A stretch of 21,557 nucleotides of DNA from Candidatus Bathyarchaeota archaeon. GTDB lineage: Archaea > Thermoproteota > Bathyarchaeia > 40CM-2-53-6. The notes beneath the pieces were generated by a model. That model worked only from the letters and a program-made list of their open reading frames with translations, was not told the DNA's origin and did not search any database. This document shows, piece by piece, positions 1 to 6,494 of this stretch (position 1 is its first letter; each line of letters begins with the position of its first letter). Location: NCBI GenBank assembly GCA_963726255.1, contig CAVSBL010000004.1, forward strand, positions 1-21,557, given 5' to 3'. The translations under genes and the position numbers were made by a program.

Positions 1-61
1 TCAGGCTCCCCGTTCTTAGGAGAATGTCGGAAAACTCATCTTCACCAGGACGTTGTCGCAC
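1..61 (-). CDS. Possible 5' end of a gene running off the left edge; N-terminus resembles archaeal orotate phosphoribosyltransferase (PyrE)
   Basis: Minus-strand GTG at 61-59, preceded by AGGTAGGT, reads MRQRPGEDEFSDILLRTGSL and stays open to the edge. The next base is A, compatible with Lys. It resembles the PyrE start E(F/L)xxxLxxxGA(L/I)KFG. TTTAAC lies ~50 nt upstream. Only 20 codons are visible. Confidence 0.3.
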   Translation of the reverse strand, partial: MRQRPGEDEFSDILLRTGSL

Positions 62-405
62 ACTTACCTACCTGATCTTCCTTGAAGGACTTTCAATGTT
101 TATCCTTTTGTTAAATGTCACCTATCAGACGGTTCTTCTCTTGTATGCTGTTAGCCATTTCTAAATCAAGCATCCCGTCCTGTTTTGCAGCGATCTGCGC
201 CCGCTAACGTCACATTACTCCTCTTCCTTGACAACTGAGTGTGCAAATGTCTAGAGAGAATAGGCGTTATCAGTTTATCTTTGCCTTGATTTTGATCCCA
301 GTAGCTTCTGCGAGCATCTCATCGATTAGCGCCTGGCATGTGGATAGACGGCACAGACGAAAGAGAGGCCGGCTCGAATCGCAGGATCGGACTAACGCCG
401 CCATT

Positions 406-416
406 CCTTAATATTA
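406..416 (+). promoter_or_regulatory. Putative archaeal TATA box for the START-fold gene
   Basis: CCTTAATATTA lies ~30 nt upstream of GTG 444, the spacing expected for a leaderless transcript. Confidence 0.35.
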
Positions 417-443
417 GGATTGTCTGAAGGCAGGACGATCATC

Positions 444-869
444 GTGGTATACATAATAGACGAAGGCATCTTCGACGCTCCTTTGGATAAGATATGGCGT
501 TTCATGCAGGACGAAACATCGAACGCCCACCAACACCGGGCGGTTCAGTTCGCAAGACTGATTGAGAAAACCGCGAATGAAATGGTCGTGGAAACGGAGT
601 CCAAGAGCCCAGATGGGAGATTGTTTAGGGGGACAAGAAGATTCGTCTTCAACCCGCCCGACAGCTTCAGCGTGGAATATCTATCAGGTCCACAGACCGG
701 GACCAAGCACACGCACACATACACTTCTATGAATGACAAGACGAAGGTAGTAGTTGCCGGCGAGTTCAAGATTCAGGGTCTCGATGACGAAGCAACGAGA
801 AAAGTTGTTTTGGCATGGTTAGAAGAATCGTTCAACGAAGATAACGCCTCCCTTAAGAATTACAAATAG
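444..869 (+). CDS. SRPBCC/START/Bet v1-like (polyketide cyclase-like) ligand-binding protein
   Basis: The N-terminal EGIFDAPLDKIWRFM matches the family-typical I.Ap.ekVw pattern. Beta-rich middle and long C-terminal helix, ~141 aa. The track start is 420 (TTG); GTG 444 is preferred from motif position and TATA spacing. Confidence 0.7.
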   Translation: MVYIIDEGIFDAPLDKIWRFMQDETSNAHQHRAVQFARLIEKTANEMVVETESKSPDGRLFRGTRRFVFNPPDSFSVEYLSGPQTGTKHTHTYTSMNDKTKVVVAGEFKIQGLDDEATRKVVLAWLEESFNEDNASLKNYK

Positions 870-892
870 ACCACTGCATTTTTGCGGGTGGT
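870..892 (+). terminator. Possible terminator (imperfect hairpin containing a T5 run)
   Basis: ACCAC-TGCA-TTTT-TGCG-G-GTGGT begins immediately after the TAG at 867-869. Confidence 0.3.
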
Positions 893-1008
893 GCTGGTCT
901 AATGGTCCCGCACATACGAAAAAGACGGCATAAATCTGGTTGCGGCATAGCCCGCGCCCAACCTCTAACCGCTAAATACGGCGCAATGATAATCTTCGTG
1001 ATATTCCG

Positions 1009-1799
1009 ATGACGCAAACTAAACGGAAGCTATCGTACGGGGGGGCTATACGTTCCGTGTTTCGGGAAATCTGCTCATCCTCTTCTGCTTGCCGACTTGG
1101 CGTTGGAAGCAGAGAAGGCTGGTTGGGACGAATTCTTCCTCTGGGATCATAGTAGCGGGAGAGCAGCGTGTGGCACTCTACGATTCCTTCACGTCCTTGG
1201 CCGCAATTGCTATGAAGACCAAACGCATCCGAATTGGGACAACAGTGACGCCTCTTCCTCGCCTGAAGCCGTGGAATGCAGCACGCTAAAGTGCCACTCT
1301 CGACATTCTATCAGGCGGAAGGCTCATTCTGGGGGTAGGGTTAGGTGGAAAAGAAAGCTGCGACTATGCCAGGTTCGGGGAGGCTGAGGATAACAGGATA
1401 CTCGCGGAGAAGCTTGACGAATCGCTCGACATCGTCACTGGGCTATGGAAGGGGAAACCATTCAGCTACTCTGGAAAGCATTACCGGGTGGGTAAGAGCG
1501 TCTTCCTTCCGCCCCCCCAACAGAAGCCCAGGATCCCGATCTGGGTCGGCGGCTTCTGGCCTCTCAAAGCACCCTTCAGACGCGCAGCCAAATGGGACGG
1601 AGTCATCCCCCTCCGATTTCCTGGAAGACTCCTCGATCCCCGAGGTCTGCGCGAGGCCGCGGAACACTTACGTACGATCAGAAGCGGTTCAAAACCATTC
1701 GATGTGGTCAATGTGGGTTAGACAACTGGACTCAATCGGAGGAGGAATGCCGAGAAGGTCAGGGTGTACGCGGACGCAGGAATGACTTGGTGGCTTGAG
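1009..1799 (+). pseudogene. Disrupted luciferase-like monooxygenase (LLM class flavin/F420-dependent oxidoreductase)
   Basis: The stitched frames give MTQTKRKLSYG/LYVPCFG...LADLALEAEKAGWDEFFLWDH/IVAG...LAAIAMKTKRIRIGTTVTPLPRLKPWNAAR*SATLDILSGGRLILGVGLG...PPPQQKPRIPIWVGGFWP...AGMTWWLE. Lesions are a frameshift in the G7 run 1039-1045, a frameshift after WDH (~1150), TAA 1287-1289 and TAG 1719-1721. Similarity fades after WWLE, although the frame stays open to 1910. Confidence 0.92.
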
Positions 1800-1970
1800 A
1801 AACAGTTTGGCGCTCCGCTGGCTAAAGCCTCAAGCGAAGGGTACACTCAGCCGAATCAAGTCCCATCATTCTTGTTCACCTCAAGTCGGATTTTGCAGGA
1901 ATATCGCTAACAATAACCCCTGCTAATACATCCAGCCACAACCCAACTCGTGATTTCATTGAGTCGGTAG

Positions 1971-1986
1971 AAGCGAAACTTTAACC
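1971..1986 (+). promoter_or_regulatory. Putative BRE + TATA upstream of the LarA-like gene
   Basis: AAGCGAAAC-TTTAACC. An SD-like GTGAGGGA at 2009-2016 precedes GTG 2024. Confidence 0.45.
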
Positions 1987-2023
1987 AGACCCCTCTCAGA
2001 CGCTGCCCGTGAGGGATGCCTTC

Positions 2024-3253
2024 GTGGTAGAGATCTGGCTACCGTACGGCTCTTCCCAGATCCCGATACGTGTGCCCGAGCAGAGATTGATTGAAATCTT
2101 CAAAGTTAGGGAACCGACAGGTATCTCGGATCCTCTGGCCGAAACGAGAAAACTCATCGATACGAACGAACGCTTCCAGACCCAACTAAGAGAGGCAAAG
2201 AGAATATGTGTGTCCCTGGGCCCTTGCGGTAATAGACGATTGGCCGTCGACTTACTTAAAACACTTCATGAGAACCTAGCACAATACGCGCATGCTCCAA
2301 CGACGATTCTCTATACGAAAGGAGCGACTGAACTAGACCCAACCTTGTTCCCTGAAATAAGAATTGAAACTCATCAGCCAAACACTTCGTCTACAACTCC
2401 CGTTGGAAACTTCAACGGAGACTTCTCACCTGAGCTGAACTCCGAATTCCTAAGTGCCGACCTTAGAATCATAGTAGGAGAGCTGAAACCACATCCTTTC
2501 CTCCAATATTCCGGGCTGTGTGACATAGTATTTCCTGGTTTGGCCTCTGCGAAATCTGTACAGAGTCATCTAACTAGAGGGGCTGGCTTCTCTATGTCGG
2601 ACCTCCATAAAGAAAGACTTCAGATTACCTCCTCAGCGGGCGATGTATTCGCGTTGGGGTTGATTCTTGGTTCTGAGGGTAGCCCCCTCCAACTCGCATT
2701 CGGAAGCCTGCCGGATTCCGTGGTGACCCTTGAAAACGCAATTCAAACTGCATGTTGTAGAGATGTTGCGAAACCGGCGGACATTGTAGTCATTAGTGCT
2801 GGCGGTGCCCCACAAGACGAAACGCTACTCCAGGCAATTGAGACATTCCCCGTAGGAATTTCAGCACTCAAGAGAAACGGCGCCCTAATTGTCGCTGCTG
2901 AGTGCGGAAAGGGACACGGCGACGCCGAGTTCTATGAATGGAGTGCTGAAAAAAAGGAACCGCGCCACCTTGAAGCAAGACTTCGCCACCACTTGAATTA
3001 CAACGGATTCAAAGCTGCATATTTGCGGCGAACACTCGACACACATAGAATTTACTTATCGTCAACTATACCAGATCATTACGTCGAATACATCTTCGGA
3101 ATGAAAGCGGCAGTAACGGTTAATGCGGCCCTACAATCAGCACAACGAACGATTGGATCGGACGCCACTGTGTCAGTAATACCGGATGCAAGTAGGATTC
3201 TCCTTCGACAGCAGCCGTCTATCCCACAGCAGCCAACAAACCGGCCCCAATAA
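2024..3253 (+). CDS. LarA (nickel-pincer lactate racemase, DUF2088) superfamily protein with a degenerate active site
   Basis: Family motifs include EIWLPYG, LNSEFLSADLRIIVGELKPHPFLQYSG..IVFPGLAS, ADIVVISAGGAPQD and GALIVAAECGKGHG. Key catalytic residues appear substituted (see findings). The track start is 2009; 2024 is preferred. Confidence 0.85.
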   Translation: MVEIWLPYGSSQIPIRVPEQRLIEIFKVREPTGISDPLAETRKLIDTNERFQTQLREAKRICVSLGPCGNRRLAVDLLKTLHENLAQYAHAPTTILYTKGATELDPTLFPEIRIETHQPNTSSTTPVGNFNGDFSPELNSEFLSADLRIIVGELKPHPFLQYSGLCDIVFPGLASAKSVQSHLTRGAGFSMSDLHKERLQITSSAGDVFALGLILGSEGSPLQLAFGSLPDSVVTLENAIQTACCRDVAKPADIVVISAGGAPQDETLLQAIETFPVGISALKRNGALIVAAECGKGHGDAEFYEWSAEKKEPRHLEARLRHHLNYNGFKAAYLRRTLDTHRIYLSSTIPDHYVEYIFGMKAAVTVNAALQSAQRTIGSDATVSVIPDASRILLRQQPSIPQQPTNRPQ

Positions 3254-3290
3254 CTCTCCCCTCAATCCTAATCATCCAGACAGCTTACCA

Positions 3291-3297
3291 TATATAA
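3291..3297 (+). promoter_or_regulatory. Putative TATA box
   Basis: TATATAA in the intergenic gap upstream of the 3400-3924 gene. Confidence 0.4.
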
Positions 3298-3326
3298 TCC
3301 CGGAACTGTGAACTCGCCTGGGATGC

Positions 3327-3341
3327 GAAAAGTGACTTTTC
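3327..3341. promoter_or_regulatory. Perfect 7-1-7 palindrome, candidate operator or RNA hairpin
   Basis: GAAAAGT-G-ACTTTTC, flanked by further complementary arms TGCG/CGCA and GGGA/TCCC. Confidence 0.45.
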
Positions 3342-3399
3342 CTCGCACCTCGTTCCCAAACCCCACAGGTATGATTGCTGTGTGGTCAGATCATATTCC

Positions 3400-3924
3400 T
3401 TGGCGGAAACGAGAAAAACAGAAGTTTACCTTCGACGCCGCGCCTGCCCCGGGATTGACCTGGCAATTCTAATCGCCGTAGGCTCCGCAATCGTTGACAT
3501 TCTCACTCTTATACAACCTTGGCTTCTCGGAGTGAACGACGAGTATGTTACCGGCAGAGGCTTGACTTACGCGGTCGAAGTGGAGGTCTCAGGATTTCAA
3601 CTTGTGCAATATCAGCCATACCTCGCGATATTGCTGGTCCCCGCGTTCCTGACCGGGCTCTCAATCATTTTCGCCATTCTGCCTGAAGACGTATCCGCTA
3701 GAGTAAGTTACAAAGTAAAATCAGGATTGCTCTTGATCATATGCATTGCGCTTTCTGTGTACCCATCATCCGTATTCATGAACAATCTTGCCAACGGGGT
3801 CAACATGGCCGAGGGACTGCATGTGATAGCCTCGTTCTGGGTATTAGGCAGCGGAGTTACATTGCCAGCCTACGCCGCAATCGGATTCGCTGGGGCCCTT
3901 CTGCTACGAATATTCAAAGACTAA
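3400..3924 (+). CDS. Hypothetical integral membrane protein (~4 TM)
   Basis: Four hydrophobic stretches, with a PW motif and a short loop after TM1. The start is uncertain (3382 GTG or 3400 TTG). Confidence 0.7.
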   Translation: MAETRKTEVYLRRRACPGIDLAILIAVGSAIVDILTLIQPWLLGVNDEYVTGRGLTYAVEVEVSGFQLVQYQPYLAILLVPAFLTGLSIIFAILPEDVSARVSYKVKSGLLLIICIALSVYPSSVFMNNLANGVNMAEGLHVIASFWVLGSGVTLPAYAAIGFAGALLLRIFKD

Positions 3925-3939
3925 GTCAATTTGACTGCG

Positions 3940-4329
3940 TCAGTTAAGCGGATACGCAAGCGCGAAACTGACCGCTAAGAGAACGACACCTGCTAAGACG
4001 TAAGCCACGGTGCTCTCTTGCTTTTGCGTGTAATGCCCAAAACTCCAGCTTCTCTCTGCTCGACTCGCATGATCCGCCAATCGTCTATAAGATAGCGATC
4101 CCGTGAAATCTATGGCACCGCCGATCAAAAACAGCAAACCAGCCTCAACCAAAACCACGAGGGTAAAATAGTGAAATGAGTTGCGGCCCAAAGCAATTGA
4201 AGGCAGTCCGAATCCAATCATGTCAGCGAACAAGACCAGAACAACGTACGTAGCGGACCTCTGTAGGATTTTCAAAACAATTCCCGACTTACTGGACCGA
4301 GCTGTGACATTCTGCATTCCGAATTTCAA
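3940..4329 (-). CDS. Small hypothetical membrane protein (~3 TM), coupled to the M6-like gene
   Basis: Three hydrophobic segments. The TTG start overlaps the upstream TGA (TTGA at 4329-4326). An alternative ATG lies at 4317. Confidence 0.72.
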   Translation of the reverse strand: MKFGMQNVTARSSKSGIVLKILQRSATYVVLVLFADMIGFGLPSIALGRNSFHYFTLVVLVEAGLLFLIGGAIDFTGSLSYRRLADHASRAERSWSFGHYTQKQESTVAYVLAGVVLLAVSFALAYPLN

Positions 4330-5852
4330 CCGCTACGTAGTTGATGACGCAAGACAACTGCGAGAATAAGGACAGGTATTATCAGTGATATGTCACTTAC
4401 CCATCCAATAATACTCGATGTGAAGGCGATTTGTTTCGCCTTGTTGTAAGCGTCGATCGCTGCTTGCGCTTGCTGCCTTGCTACTGTGAAGTTCTTTGCG
4501 ATGAATGACTGCTTCGCCAATCGAAGCTGTGAATTTCCGTAAGTGACGACATCAGTACCGTGCAATGAAAGGCTTTGAACTTGGGTACCTAGGCTCTCTG
4601 CTTGTGCAATCAGCGCCAGAGATTGACTGTAGTCCGGTGGTACAACAGCTGCCTGAGCAGTGGTCTGCGCAGAAGCAGCGAGGGCAGCTGCTTCTTGAAA
4701 TCGTCCTTCAGCAAAGAGATCGTGAGCACCTCTGTCTAATTGTTCAGCAAGATCAAGGCCAGCAACACGATTTCCATCCTCAGCGGCTTGAATTGATGAT
4801 TCAGCCTCGGAGAGTATGTAAAGCGTTCTCTGAGCGGCGCGTCCATCTTGGACGCTCCCGATGAGTACGAGGAACCCCGATCGCGTTTCGTTCAGTGCTA
4901 CGAATGACAAATCGGAAGCGAGGTCGAGGAATACTGACTTGCTAGGAGAATCGGGGACAAGCAACGTTTTCAACGAGATTGCGGCATTCCCCTCAGGGAT
5001 GAAAAGGACTGCTATCCCTTCTTCCGCAGGATTTAGCTGATCGTAACCAACTGGTTTCCTAGCCTCCAGGAAGTACTGGCCTACCCCAGTCCCTATGCTG
5101 ATAGCATAATAGCCCGCGCTCGGCTGCTCGATTGAGTCAATACTGGAGATTGTCCTGCTCGGCGGTAAATCGTAACTTAGCACTTGGGAGTCATTAATCC
5201 AACCTAGGAAACGTTTGGACCATGCGGACATGTCGCCTGACCCTTGTGCGGCAATATCTAAGAAGCCAAGTCCGTTAATTCGAGTGTCTATCTTCCACAA
5301 GCCAAATGATAAGGCGACAGCGCGGGCGTAACCGGTCCAGTCGCTATCCTCTTCCAGAACTGAGAAGCCTCTCACCGTCCCGGTACTTGTGACAATTGGG
5401 TCCTTGAGCGCAATGTAGTCGCCTGTTCCGCTCGGATAGAAGGATAGAACAAGCACAAAGAACCCAAACTCGGTTAGATTGTAAGTGCGAGATGCAACTG
5501 TAAATGAATCTCGCGCGACTTGTTCCGAGTCAAACTGTGATCCATTTGTATATTGTTGGTAGACACGGGGAAGCGTTATCCAATCAGTTACATTACCGTC
5601 TAGCAAGAATTTTCCGTAGGATACCTCGGAGAAGTAGAGTCCTACTGTTCCAAACATGAGGCGCGAAAGCTGCAAACGACTCGCCAAGTGAGAGTATTCT
5701 GGAAATTCTGCTAGAACAACGAGGACCCTCGGAGGGGAAGCCGTTGCGCGGACGGCTGGAACCCCTGCCCGCGCCAGAAACAATAGGCCTAGTGACATTA
5801 GACACAAGCTAACTGACAAGATTCTCCGCTTGAGAATATGCCGGATTTCCAA
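4326..5852 (-). CDS. Exported, C-terminally anchored M6/immune inhibitor A-like metalloprotease homologue lacking the zinc motif
   Basis: It has a signal peptide and M6-type motifs RVLVVLAEFPE, YFSEVSYGKF.LDGNVTDWITLP, MSAWSKRFLGWI and YFLEARKPVGYD. An Ala/Gln-rich helical stalk leads to a C-terminal TM with a basic tail. The HExxH position reads RAVAL. Confidence 0.8.
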   Translation of the reverse strand: MEIRHILKRRILSVSLCLMSLGLLFLARAGVPAVRATASPPRVLVVLAEFPEYSHLASRLQLSRLMFGTVGLYFSEVSYGKFLLDGNVTDWITLPRVYQQYTNGSQFDSEQVARDSFTVASRTYNLTEFGFFVLVLSFYPSGTGDYIALKDPIVTSTGTVRGFSVLEEDSDWTGYARAVALSFGLWKIDTRINGLGFLDIAAQGSGDMSAWSKRFLGWINDSQVLSYDLPPSRTISSIDSIEQPSAGYYAISIGTGVGQYFLEARKPVGYDQLNPAEEGIAVLFIPEGNAAISLKTLLVPDSPSKSVFLDLASDLSFVALNETRSGFLVLIGSVQDGRAAQRTLYILSEAESSIQAAEDGNRVAGLDLAEQLDRGAHDLFAEGRFQEAAALAASAQTTAQAAVVPPDYSQSLALIAQAESLGTQVQSLSLHGTDVVTYGNSQLRLAKQSFIAKNFTVARQQAQAAIDAYNKAKQIAFTSSIIGWVSDISLIIPVLILAVVLRHQLRSG

Positions 5853-5882
5853 CCACCTTGAGGGCCTCGCATCTCCGCGGCT

Positions 5883-5897
5883 AAAAGGTTATTTATG
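5883..5897. promoter_or_regulatory. AT-rich box in the divergent promoter region (possibly bidirectional)
   Basis: AAAAGG-TTATTTATG lies between the divergent starts at 5852 (-) and 5929 (+), about 35-40 nt from each. Confidence 0.4.
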
Positions 5898-5928
5898 GTG
5901 GGTCGCCCGGCCGAAGACCGTGCTCTAT

Positions 5929-6345
5929 ATGTTGTCGGAAGAGAAGCGACTCTTGACGGAAGTGCAGTTCAAAACCATCTTCCGAGCTTATGTCTGTCTT
6001 CTAAAGCTAAACAAGGCGACTTCCAAGGATCTTCAAAAGGCAATGGCATTCGCAACTCCAACCCAGGCCAAATACCATTTGAAAAAGCTCCTAGAACTTG
6101 GTTTGGTAAAACACATTTCCGGTGACGGTTCCTACGAGGTGGTGAACCACAGATTCGGTGTACTGCGCTTCTTTTTCAAGGTTCGAACAAGATTAATCCC
6201 TACCAGCCTGTTCTACGCAGTTTTCTTCTTCGCAGTCACCATTCTACTTTTCCTCAGGGCACCCTACCTGGAATTGATTTTGCTCGGCGGCCTAATGGTT
6301 GCAAAAGAGTTTGTTGAAGCATACCTATACATGCCCATGGTCTAA
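5929..6345 (+). CDS. Winged helix-turn-helix protein with C-terminal transmembrane helices (membrane-tethered regulator)
   Basis: TIFRAYVCLLK..ATSKDLQKAMAFATPTQAKYHLKKLLELGLV...DGSYEV is an ArsR/TrmB-like wHTH, followed by two hydrophobic segments. The track start 5830 overlaps the divergent gene, so ATG 5929 or TTG 5932 is preferred. Confidence 0.8.
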   Translation: MLSEEKRLLTEVQFKTIFRAYVCLLKLNKATSKDLQKAMAFATPTQAKYHLKKLLELGLVKHISGDGSYEVVNHRFGVLRFFFKVRTRLIPTSLFYAVFFFAVTILLFLRAPYLELILLGGLMVAKEFVEAYLYMPMV

Positions 6346-6440
6346 TGTGCCACTCACAGAACATTGTTGTACCTATGATGGCATTGGCCGTCCTTCCCTC
6401 ACGTCGAAAAAGGTTTCATGTTGTGGAAACATAACGCTCG

Positions 6441-6455
6441 GAAAAATGTTAAAAG
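6441..6455 (+). promoter_or_regulatory. Putative BRE + TATA for the ABC transporter operon
   Basis: GAAAAATG-TTAAAAG lies ~45 nt upstream of ATG 6495. An SD-like GGAG is at 6481-6484. Confidence 0.5.
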
Positions 6456-6494
6456 TAGTTTCCATCCACCGTAAGGCTACGGAGAAATTGTAAA

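Noticed and set aside
247-411. 54-aa plus-strand ORF (MSRENRRYQFIFALILIPVASASISS...) with a short hydrophobic stretch
   Set aside because: No recognisable motif, it ends inside the putative TATA box of the next gene, and a similar-sized ORF exists on the opposite strand. It cannot be supported without homologues.
1039-1045. G7 tract as a phase-variation switch
   Set aside because: Restoring this frame would not rescue the gene because three further lesions follow.
1719-1721. In-frame TAG in the LLM gene as possible pyrrolysine or readthrough
   Set aside because: The same gene also has a TAA and two frameshifts. A TGG-to-TAG nonsense change is the simpler explanation.
1089-1798. Separate track ORFs at 1089, 1097, 1345, 1488 and 1592
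   Set aside because: They are fragments or off-frame shadows of the single LLM pseudogene.
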